Origin: an uncultured delta proteobacterium
GTDB taxonomy: Bacteria; Myxococcota_A; Polyangia; Palsa-1104
Length of the DNA: 64,000 bases
Reading direction: 5' to 3'
NCBI GenBank assembly: GCA_963785725.1
Contig: CAWAWS010000004.1
Span: 159,739 to 223,738 of the forward strand
The notes under the pieces were generated by a model that worked only from the letters and a program-made list of their open reading frames with translations, searched no databases and was not told the DNA's origin. Numbering within the stretch: the stretch's first letter is position 1; each line of letters opens with the position of its first letter. Of the stretch, positions 33,189 through 41,549 are shown one piece after another. A program made the position numbers and the translations under genes.

Positions 33189-34856
33189 TCAGGCGGGATT
33201 GCGGCGCTGCGGCGTCGTCGGGATGATGGCTTCGGACGGCGGGCCGGCGCGGCGATGGCCGAGCAGCGTCGGCGCGAGCAGCGGCAAGGGCGGCGCGCCG
33301 GCGTCGTCGGCGAACTGCGCCAGCGCGTAGGCCAGCTCGGACGCCGCCGGCCGTGCTGCCGGCTTGTCGGCCAAGCAGCCGCGGACGAGCTGCGCCAGCG
33401 ACGGCGGCGCCCACGACGGCGTGGCTTCGAGATCGTGCGGCGGCGGCGTGACCAGCTGATGCAGGAGCACGCCGACCGCGTAGACGTCCGCGCGATCGCC
33501 GACACCGGCCGCGCCCATGGCCTGCTCGGGCGCCATGTAGCCGGGCGTGCCGACGATCATGCGCGCCTCGGTGCCGTCGCTGTCGCGGACGATGACGGCG
33601 TCGGACAGCTTGGCGATGCCGAAGTCGAGCAGCTTCAACCCGGGCGCGGTCGTCGTGAGCATGACGTTGTCGGGCTTGACGTCGCGGTGGATGATACCGA
33701 GCGCGTGCGCCGCCGCCAGCGCCTCGCACAAGACGGCGCCGACGCGCGCCGCGACCGGCAGCGGCCACGGCTGACTCTGGTCGCGGCCGGCCAGCGTCTC
33801 GCCGTCGACGAGCTCTTGCACTTGAAACAGCAGCCCATCGTCGGAGACATCGACATGTAGTGTGCGCACGACGGCGGGATGATTGACCGTCGCGGCGGCG
33901 CCCGCCTCGCGGATGAAGCGCCGCATGGCGTCGAGCTGGCTCGTGCTCGACGCCTGGATGACCTTGATGGCGACGCGTCGGCCGGTGGAACGATCGATGC
34001 CGGAGTAGACGGTGCCCATGCCGCCGCGTCCGATGGGCTCGTGCACGAGGAAGCGACCGGCGAGCAGGTGACCAGGCATCAGCGTGCCGTCGGCTTCGCG
34101 ATGGCGCGCGAGACGGGAGAGCGCGATCGACAGCTCGCTCGAGCGCTCGCGGACTTGCGCCTGCAGCTGCGCGTTGAGCCGCTCGACCTCGTCGGCGCGC
34201 GTGACGATCTCGCGCACCTGATCGCGCACGCGCTGCTCGAGGTTGGCGTTGAGCGTGGCCAGCTCGTCGCGTTGGCGATCGATCGTCCAGCGCTGGGTCA
34301 TTTCGCGGCGCCGGCCGTTGTCGAGGATCCAGCCGATGGCGATGCTCACGAGCGCCACCGTGACGCTCGTCGGCAGGTTCGTGATGCGCGCCGTGGCGGC
34401 GTGCTGAAAGTTGGCGAGCCCGACGAGCAGCGTCATCTCGCCGAGCGCATAGACGACGATGAGCACGCGCGGCGGCAGCGACACGATGACGGCGATGCCG
34501 ATGCAATAACCGATATAAGCGCTGATATTCGACGACACCAGCTGATCGATCCCGGCCACGAGCGCGCCGTGCATGACGTAGAGCAGGGCGGTGGCCGGCC
34601 CGAGCAGCGCCGACAGCGACGGGCGGCGGACGCGATAGGCGAAGATGGTCAGGACGATGACGATCGGCAAGGTGACGGCGTGCGCGAGGACGAGTGAGTC
34701 GCGCCAGCGCAGCGTGTCCGCCGTCAAGGTCTGGCGTTGCGCCGCGGTCACGTGAAAGAAGGCGATGTGCAGCGTGTGCAGCACGATCATGAGCGGCCCG
34801 AGCGCGCGCAAGCGCCGCCGGTTCTGCTCGGCAATCGCCGTCGACAGCTCGGTCAC
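33189..34856 (-). CDS. Ser/Thr kinase with N-terminal multi-TM sensor and coiled coil
   Basis: About 5-6 TM; NANLEQRVRDQ coiled coil; GRGGMG, VAIK, HRDVKPDN, DFG, GTPGYMAPEQ. Confidence 0.9.
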   Translation of the reverse strand: MTELSTAIAEQNRRRLRALGPLMIVLHTLHIAFFHVTAAQRQTLTADTLRWRDSLVLAHAVTLPIVIVLTIFAYRVRRPSLSALLGPATALLYVMHGALVAGIDQLVSSNISAYIGYCIGIAVIVSLPPRVLIVVYALGEMTLLVGLANFQHAATARITNLPTSVTVALVSIAIGWILDNGRRREMTQRWTIDRQRDELATLNANLEQRVRDQVREIVTRADEVERLNAQLQAQVRERSSELSIALSRLARHREADGTLMPGHLLAGRFLVHEPIGRGGMGTVYSGIDRSTGRRVAIKVIQASSTSQLDAMRRFIREAGAAATVNHPAVVRTLHVDVSDDGLLFQVQELVDGETLAGRDQSQPWPLPVAARVGAVLCEALAAAHALGIIHRDVKPDNVMLTTTAPGLKLLDFGIAKLSDAVIVRDSDGTEARMIVGTPGYMAPEQAMGAAGVGDRADVYAVGVLLHQLVTPPPHDLEATPSWAPPSLAQLVRGCLADKPAARPAASELAYALAQFADDAGAPPLPLLAPTLLGHRRAGPPSEAIIPTTPQRRNPA

Positions 34857-34938
34857 GACGCCATCGTATCACGGCGCCGGCAGCCCGGCGCCGACCCCGG
34901 CGACCGAAGTCGGACCGTCACTCCTTCATCGATCTCCC

Positions 34939-35010
34939 TAGACACAACCGGTCAGGCTGCTTGACCAGTCGGTAAGGTAGCTTGACTAAATAGTAAGGGT
35001 TCTTGACTAC
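34939..35010. repeat. Second array of the 21-bp family (3-4 units)
   Basis: TTGAC at 34961, 34982, 35003, with GTCAG/GTAAG half-sites. Confidence 0.85.
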
Positions 35011-35137
35011 TTCGTCGCGGGGATGCACATCGTGCCCGCCACGATGCGCGCGTGATCCACGCCTTAGTGGAGCGGAGCGTGATCGCGCAGGGCCTTCATG
35101 AACCGACGCGGCCTTCGAGCTCCGCTTCGCACCCGCC

Positions 35138-35824
35138 TCAATACGAGCAGCCGTTCCCGCTCTCCGTGCCGCACAGGCAGCTGCCGTTCGTAAGGCAGCG
35201 CGCGCACGACGAATGGCTGCACGTCTTGTCGCAGTCGGCGTCGGTCGAGCACTCGTAGATGACGTCCTTGCACGACGCCACCTGCATGGAGAGGCCCAGC
35301 TGGTTGTCGCTGCACGCCACGCTTGCGTTCTTGACGGTGCAGTCGGCCACGCGCGTGCCGTCGGCCGTGTCGCACTGGTCGTTGTGCCCCGGCGTGCACG
35401 TGCACACGCCACTGGCGAAGGTGCAGCAGTCCATCGTGGAGTCGGGATTGCAGTCGGTGACGGCGGTGTCGTCGTCGGCTTCGCTCGAGCTCGTCGGGAC
35501 CGACACGTTGCAGATGCACTCGCCGGTGACGCCGACGGAGCAGTGCGGGCTTGCGCAGGCGCAGGCGCTCACACCGCCGAACTGGGCGCAACACACCGTG
35601 TTCGGCGGCAGCTCGCTCGCCCCGCACGACGTGTTGGCGTTCCAATCGCTGCTCGCAAAGCTCGCTTCGTCGTCGGCGGAGGCCTGACACTCGCACTGCC
35701 CCGTCGTCTCGAACGAGTGCGTGCTCGCGTAGCAGTGTGGCCGCAGCTTGACCTCACTCGAGACGTTGCAGCTCGCGAGCGCGAGGCACAAGCCGACCGC
35801 TTGGATCCAACGCAGGTGGCCCAT
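35138..35824 (-). CDS. Highly Cys-rich lipoprotein
   Basis: Lipobox LASC; very many Cys (CECQ, CC..F...CAC, ECSTDADC). Confidence 0.78.
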   Translation of the reverse strand: MGHLRWIQAVGLCLALASCNVSSEVKLRPHCYASTHSFETTGQCECQASADDEASFASSDWNANTSCGASELPPNTVCCAQFGGVSACACASPHCSVGVTGECICNVSVPTSSSEADDDTAVTDCNPDSTMDCCTFASGVCTCTPGHNDQCDTADGTRVADCTVKNASVACSDNQLGLSMQVASCKDVIYECSTDADCDKTCSHSSCARCLTNGSCLCGTESGNGCSY

Positions 35825-35826
35825 GC

Positions 35827-36990
35827 TCAGAACCTCCCGCTCATGCCCAGGCTGCCTGGGCCGACGGTCAGGTTTGCCGTCGGCTGTGTGGCCGCGTGCG
35901 CACGCACCGAGGCGGCGCCGGCGCCACTGTTGATCACGATGAGCGGCACGCCGATGGCCACCATGGCCGCGCCAATAGAGAGGATCGTCGCACCGGCGAC
36001 GAGCGGGGCGTGCGCGTACTGGTGCGAGGTGATGACCTGTCCCGACACGGTGGTGACCTTCTTGGTGGTGGGCGCCGCGACTCCGAGGACGATGGCGCCG
36101 CCCAGCGCGGCGATCGCGCCCGGCCAGATGAGGGCGCTGCCGAAATAGCGGCCCACCGGCGAGGTCACGCGCAGTCGGACGTCGGCACCCGTCGGGGGGA
36201 CGTTCACGGTCGTGCCATAGCTGGCGACGCCTTGACCGTCGACGCCGATCGCAAGCTTCCCCGGCGCGAGCTGGAGCGTGCACGGCGTGATGCACAGCGG
36301 CTGATACTGCGAGTTGATCGCGAGATAGGTGCCGTGGTGGCGGCTGCTCTCGATGCTGGTGTACGAGCCTTCGTAGGCGCTGAGCCGCAGCGGGACTTGC
36401 GCCGAAGCCGACGTGAAGGTCACCGGCACGGTGCCCGGAGGTGGCGTGGGCACGGTCGTCGCGGGCTGGGCCGAGGCCGGCGGGGCGTCGACGCTGACAT
36501 GCTCGGCCGTCGGCGCTGCGTTGTCGGGCGCCGGCTCGGGCGGCGGCGGCGCGGTCGACGAGAGCGGTCGCCCTTTTTCGGCGCTCGCCGACCCGAGCGA
36601 GCGTCCCGACTTGTCATAGAAGGCGACGACCACGCTTGGACGATCCCCGCCAGGGAACACGCGGACGATCGCGAAGGTCGCTACGGGCTCACCCGCGGCG
36701 CGCCCGACGATCGTTCGATCGTCGAGCGCAGACACGTCGCCGAGCGCCGACGAGTCCACCACCAGCGAGACGGTCCCCGAGGTGCGCAGCGCGGCGAGGA
36801 GCGCCGCCGCGGCGGGCCCACGCGCGCCCTCGGCACCAGCGGGGATTACCATCACGGTGTTGAGCGGCGCGGTAATCGCCGACAGGCTCTGAGGCGAGAA
36901 CGTCGCGCCCCAGCCCTCCTGCGCGTCGGCACGCCCGAGCAGCGCCGTGCAGGCGATGGCGATCGCGAGACCGCGGACTATTTGGCTCAT
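35827..36990 (-). CDS. Secreted protein with Pro-rich linker, PEGA-like domain and hydrophobic C-terminus
   Basis: RBS GGAGG; signal ADA-Q; LCITPCTLQLAPG; ends SGRF. Confidence 0.75.
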   Translation of the reverse strand: MSQIVRGLAIAIACTALLGRADAQEGWGATFSPQSLSAITAPLNTVMVIPAGAEGARGPAAAALLAALRTSGTVSLVVDSSALGDVSALDDRTIVGRAAGEPVATFAIVRVFPGGDRPSVVVAFYDKSGRSLGSASAEKGRPLSSTAPPPPEPAPDNAAPTAEHVSVDAPPASAQPATTVPTPPPGTVPVTFTSASAQVPLRLSAYEGSYTSIESSRHHGTYLAINSQYQPLCITPCTLQLAPGKLAIGVDGQGVASYGTTVNVPPTGADVRLRVTSPVGRYFGSALIWPGAIAALGGAIVLGVAAPTTKKVTTVSGQVITSHQYAHAPLVAGATILSIGAAMVAIGVPLIVINSGAGAASVRAHAATQPTANLTVGPGSLGMSGRF

Positions 36991-37016
36991 TCTGGGTTCC
37001 TCCCGTGCGTCGCACT

Positions 37017-37033
37017 CTGCACCGCGCGTGCCG
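37017..37033 (-). promoter_or_regulatory. Putative sigma54 promoter
   Basis: Minus strand CGGCACG-CGCG-GTGCA; GG-N10-GC, about 30 nt before ATG 36990. Confidence 0.55.
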
Positions 37034-37088
37034 ACGTAAGTGGGTGAAACTGCGCAAGCGGACTGTATCGCGCGCCGACAGATGTACT

Positions 37089-37500
37089 GCAAGCGTTCGT
37101 CGAGCCACGTCGCTGAGAGTGGCCCGAGGCGCCGAGCCGTTGTCGATCGATGCAGACAACCGCGTCGACCGGACCAAGGGACACGACGGTAGACCTGGCA
37201 CCCAGCCACTGCTGCACATCGGGCCGCAGCAACGTCTGACGCTAGCGCAGCGACGCCAGCTCCAGCACGCGACTTCGCGGTCGTCGGCATCAGCAGAACC
37301 GGTCCCGCAGGTATCTCAACGGCTCGACGCCGTGCACTTGGCAGCTGGCTAGCAGCGACAGATGCACTTGGCAGCTGGCTAGCAGCGACAGAAGGTCGCG
37401 TCGACTTCGCCGGCGCCGTCGTTGCCGACGAACAACCAGCTCTTCCGGCCAACCACTTCACGCCTCGACGTGTTCTCCGATTCATTGTCGTGCCCCAGCA
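37089..37500 (-). mobile_element. Decayed IS66-family transposase 3' remnant with possible terminal repeat and an internal 30-bp duplication
   Basis: DNESENTSRREVVGRKSWLFVG and SLLASCQVHGVEPLRYLRD match the IS66 TnpC C-terminus; duplication 37333-37362/37363-37392; GCAAGCGTTCGTCGAGCCACGT at 37089 resembles an IS66 end. Confidence 0.8.
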
Positions 37501-37593
37501 AGCGGGCGTCTTCGGAATCGCTCGAGTGCGGCGCGCTGCGCAGCGGATGCCCTTGGCCAGCGGTTCTCATCGAGCACGCTGCCGCCGCGACAT

Positions 37594-37677
37594 GGTAAGT
37601 CTGCTTGACTAAGTAGTAAGGTCGCTTGACGAAGTAGTAAGGTCGCTTGACGAAGTAGTAAGGTCGCTTGACTAAGA
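37594..37677. repeat. Third array of the 21-bp family (4 units)
   Basis: GCTTGAC(T/G)AAGTAGTAAGGTC; TTGAC at 37605, 37626, 37647, 37668. Confidence 0.92.
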
Positions 37678-37740
37678 GGTGAGCTTCGGGCGACGAGGCG
37701 CTGTGCGGCGGCGGCTTCGCTGCTGGCGCGCGCAGGCGGC

Positions 37741-39114
37741 TTAGGCGGCGGGCTTACCGGCGGGCGCTTCGGGCTGCGAGCGGCGATGACCGACCGCGCC
37801 CCAGAGCACGATCGCGGCGAGCATCGGGCCGGCGAGCGAAATGGCGATGACGGGCCAGTCGGCGGCGGGAGCGCGCGGGCCGTCGTACAACGCGACCTGC
37901 AGCGCCGTCAGAAGCGCGTCCATGCTGATCGCCGACGCCACGAGCACGCCCACCCAATGGCGCCAGCGCAGCGTGAGGCTGAACAGCACGGCCACGAGCG
38001 CGACATCGAACGTCACCCAAGCCGTCTGCACCCACGGACGCGGGAACCAGCGGCTGTCGGCGAGCGCCAAGAGCAGCGTCCAGGGCACGAGCAGCGTCGC
38101 CAAGAGCCGCACGATCAGCGCCGGTCCGCGCAACAGCGTTTCGCCGCCGAAGCGCAGGAAGCTGCCGCGCGCGAACGCCGCCAGCGCGTCGACGAGCGCG
38201 ACGTGGCTCGAGGTCCCCGGCGGATGCGCCAGGAAGATGGGCTCCCAAGCGTGCGGCTTGAGCTTGGCTTTGAAGGCGCGCAGCCCGTCGAAGTCGTAGA
38301 GCGTCGCCGACAGCGTGCGCACGACGCGCAGCCAGCCGGACACCGGACCCGACAGCGGCGCCAGGCCCAGCGTCACGTAATGCGCGCCTTCGGCGGCGAG
38401 CGCGCGCATCGCGGCGTCGATGAGGAGCTCGGCGCTGCCGTTGGGCGCGGCCGGATCGCGCAGGAAGTCCTCGAAGAGCCAGCCCTTGCGCGCGTAGATC
38501 GGCACGGCGGCCAAGAAGCCGACGACGGCGCCGTCGCGTTCGGCCACGAAATAGCGGCGCTCGGCCGGGAGCTCGAACGGCTGCACGTCGACGAGGAAGC
38601 CCATCGGCGCCATCGGGCGGGCGTGCTGCCAGCGCTCGATGAGCGTCGTAATCGCGCCGCGCAACGGACGCTCGGACGCCAGCTCGTCGGCGGCGACGGC
38701 GCGCACGCGTACGCCTTTGTTGGCCGCGCGGCGCAGCTGTTCGCGCAGGCTGCGCGCGCCGGCGAGCGTCGCCTCCCAGCGCGCCGGATCCCACACCGGC
38801 TGCTCGCCGACGGGCATGGCCGCGAGTCCGGCAGCCTCGACGAGGCGGGCTTCGGCCGCGAAGAACGCGCAGCGGCGCCCGTCGGCGCGGGCGGCCGCGA
38901 CGAAGCGGCGCGCGACCTCCCCCAGCCGCTCGGGCGCACACAGCGGCGCGCCGGCGACGACGCGGGCGCCGCGCGTCTCGACGTAGGCCACGCAGGCGTC
39001 GTCGCCGTCGAACCAATATTCGAAATCCGCCTCCAGGCTCTGGAACGACGTGGCGTTCCAGCCGTGGCGGCGCACGAGGGCGAGGACGCGGGCGCGAACG
39101 TCGTCGGTCGTCAC
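37741..39114 (-). CDS. MprF-like aminoacyl-phosphatidylglycerol synthase domain (DUF2156) protein with C-terminal TM helices
   Basis: AGAPL, RDPAAPNGSAELL, LGLAPL, YDFDGLRAFKAKLKP..WEPIFL. Confidence 0.85.
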   Translation of the reverse strand: MTTDDVRARVLALVRRHGWNATSFQSLEADFEYWFDGDDACVAYVETRGARVVAGAPLCAPERLGEVARRFVAAARADGRRCAFFAAEARLVEAAGLAAMPVGEQPVWDPARWEATLAGARSLREQLRRAANKGVRVRAVAADELASERPLRGAITTLIERWQHARPMAPMGFLVDVQPFELPAERRYFVAERDGAVVGFLAAVPIYARKGWLFEDFLRDPAAPNGSAELLIDAAMRALAAEGAHYVTLGLAPLSGPVSGWLRVVRTLSATLYDFDGLRAFKAKLKPHAWEPIFLAHPPGTSSHVALVDALAAFARGSFLRFGGETLLRGPALIVRLLATLLVPWTLLLALADSRWFPRPWVQTAWVTFDVALVAVLFSLTLRWRHWVGVLVASAISMDALLTALQVALYDGPRAPAADWPVIAISLAGPMLAAIVLWGAVGHRRSQPEAPAGKPAA

Positions 39115-39243
39115 GGGGCGCGCCTGAAGATGAGCCGTGTGCTCCGCGACCGACGCGACCGTCGCGCGCCCGCGTCCGAGATCGATCGTCCGGCGCTCAC
39201 CGCAGCCCCGTCACGCACGCGATCATCAGTACGCACGCGGGCC

Positions 39244-39699
39244 CTACTTGACTAGCTTGAGGTGTCCAGGCCGCTTCTTCGGCGGCGGCTCCGGCTTCGC
39301 TGTCGGGCTCGCTTCGCCGCCGCTGCCGCTGCCGCCGCCGCCATCGCCGCTGCCACCGTCGGGCGGCGACTTCTCGACCGGCAAATCGGCGGGGATGTCA
39401 TCCTGCCAGACGGCGCCGTTGCCCTCGAAATCGGCGATGACATAAACGGCCGTCCACGGAATGAACGTCGGGAATGGCACGCGGCTGAACGACAGCGTCG
39501 CGTGGATCCCGTCGTCGTCGATCGTCAGATCGGGAATCGGCGGCGCGAAACCATAGCCATAGTCGAGCCGCAGATGCGCTTCGCTCAAGAAGCGCGCGGG
39601 CAGCCGCACGCCCTCGCGGCGCGCGTCGAGGTGGACCCGTGCCTCTGCTCGCTCGAGCAGCGCCAGCATGACCTCTTTTTTCGACGGTGGCGAAGACAC
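39244..39699 (-). CDS. sspB: ClpXP adaptor SspB family protein
   Basis: HLDARREGVRLP, IPDLTIDDDGIHATLSF, IPWTAV, C-terminal HLKLVK. Confidence 0.85.
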   Translation of the reverse strand: MSSPPSKKEVMLALLERAEARVHLDARREGVRLPARFLSEAHLRLDYGYGFAPPIPDLTIDDDGIHATLSFSRVPFPTFIPWTAVYVIADFEGNGAVWQDDIPADLPVEKSPPDGGSGDGGGGSGSGGEASPTAKPEPPPKKRPGHLKLVK

Positions 39700-39724
39700 C
39701 TACGGGATTTGTATCACGACGCGC

Positions 39725-40138
39725 TCAATCGCGGTAACCGCGCGGTGCGCTGCCACGCCGCGGAAACAGCCTATTCCACAGCTCGGCGGCCGGCCGGCCC
39801 ACTTCGACGGCGAGCCGCGCGAAGACGACGACGTTCAGCCGTCCATGCTGCGGGCGCGCCACCTCGGCGGCGAAGGTGGCGTCGACCGTGCTCGGCGACT
39901 CGCCGCGCCGGATGGCCAAGGCCGCGCGCATGAGCTCGTGATAGCGCGCCATCCAGCCGACCCAGTCGGCGCTCGCGCCGTCGCCGCGGCAGGCCGCGGC
40001 GCGGCGCTCCAGTTCGTCGGTGGCGAGGCTGTCGAGCTCGCGCAGCGCGCCCGGCCATTGGCGCGCGACGGCGCGCAGCTCGGCGCGGGCCGCGTCGTCG
40101 GGCCGACCGCCGACGCCGAGCGCATGGCGCAGCGCCAA
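39725..40138 (-). CDS. Hypothetical protein (start uncertain)
   Basis: Coding-like content RQWPGALRELD...GRLN..VF; frame stays open upstream without a clear start. Confidence 0.55.
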   Translation of the reverse strand: MALRHALGVGGRPDDAARAELRAVARQWPGALRELDSLATDELERRAAACRGDGASADWVGWMARYHELMRAALAIRRGESPSTVDATFAAEVARPQHGRLNVVVFARLAVEVGRPAAELWNRLFPRRGSAPRGYRD

Positions 40139-40550
40139 CAGCCGCGCGTATTTCTCGGCGAGCGCCGCGGCGATGGCGTGGCCGGCCTGCGCTTTTGCTC
40201 CGTCGTCCGCCAGGTTGTGCTCCTCGTCGCCCGTCGCTGGCCGTTGCCGCCGTCAGGTTGCGACCGCGACCAGTGGTGCGCCGCGCCGACCGCGGCCGGC
40301 CGTCGCGACCGTCAAGGCTGTGCCGTAGGGGATAGCGTACTGCAGCAAGTGTCGGTCCGCCCGCGCTTCGGGGCGGCCGATCGCAAGCGCTCCGATTGGC
40401 GCGTCTCGATCGGTGGTGGTGTGTACGCTGGTCGGGATACGGCGCGCGAACCGCGACGATCGATTCCGGAGGATGGTGGGTTCCCGGCGGACTCCGACTA
40501 GCGACCCCCAGCCGCCCTCCCTAGTCATCGCGCCGCGCGCAAGAAAGTTG

Positions 40551-41549
40551 CTACTCCGTCGCCACCTTCGCGCACTCCGTCAGCAGCGCATCCATCGTCG
40601 CCGGCAACTTCACCCAGCTCGCCGTGTGCTCGCTCTTTCCCCACACGTCGCTCGCCGCCGCGGCCGGCGTGGACGTCGCCGTCGCCGGCGCGGGCGCCGG
40701 CAGCCGTCCCAGCTCGAGGAAGCCCTTCGGCTTGCCCTTCCACGTGTACCCGACCTTGCACACGAGCTCGGGCGTCCCACCCGCCGGCATCTCGCCCTTG
40801 CCGAGCACCTCGGTGACCATCGTGCGCCAGATCTTGTCGTGCCAGTTCTTGGCCTGCTCGTCCGGCTTGCCGCCTTTGCCGACGAGCTTGGCCGTGAACG
40901 CGTTCTCCGACGCCGGCACCGTCAGCTCGCGGCTCTTGCCACCCGCCGACACCGTCACGCCGTCGAAGTCACCGGCCTTGAACGCATGCAGCGTGCGATC
41001 GACCAGGCGCACGCCGGCCGAATCCAGATCCGACAGCACGCCGCCGCCGAGGACATAGACGCGCTTGTCATGCTCGTCGCGAACGTAGGGATCGCTGACG
41101 CCGAACGGCGACGTCCCGATCACGAACGTCGACAGCCCGCCGCGCGCCGTCACTTCCAGCTTCTTCTTCGGCGCGTCGAGCCCGAGCTCCTTCTGCTTGG
41201 CGTCCGACAACACGCCGAGCCCACGCGTCGCATGCAGCGGCGCGAACTTGTCCCACAATCGCTGGGCGCCTTCGTTGCCCGGCACTTCGCGCGCCGGCGT
41301 CTTCCTCGCCGCGTCCGCCGACAGCTTCAACCAGATGCGCGGCTCTTCGCCGCTCTCCGTCCGCCGCTCGAGCTCGACCGTCTTGCCCTTGTCGTCGGAG
41401 TAAAAGACTTTGCTGACCTCGTTCTTGCTGGCGTCGACGACGACCACTTCGCCCGGCGCCCGCTCCGGCTCGCGCTGCCACGTCCCGTAGGCCACGACCA
41501 GCCCGAGCGCCGCCAGACCGCTTTGCACCGCAGCCCCGCGCACGTTCAT
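40551..41549 (-). CDS. DUF4340-like protein of the Gld-type ABC operon
   Basis: N-terminal TM; ELGLDAP motif; overlaps the gldG-like stop. Confidence 0.72.
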   Translation of the reverse strand: MNVRGAAVQSGLAALGLVVAYGTWQREPERAPGEVVVVDASKNEVSKVFYSDDKGKTVELERRTESGEEPRIWLKLSADAARKTPAREVPGNEGAQRLWDKFAPLHATRGLGVLSDAKQKELGLDAPKKKLEVTARGGLSTFVIGTSPFGVSDPYVRDEHDKRVYVLGGGVLSDLDSAGVRLVDRTLHAFKAGDFDGVTVSAGGKSRELTVPASENAFTAKLVGKGGKPDEQAKNWHDKIWRTMVTEVLGKGEMPAGGTPELVCKVGYTWKGKPKGFLELGRLPAPAPATATSTPAAAASDVWGKSEHTASWVKLPATMDALLTECAKVATE

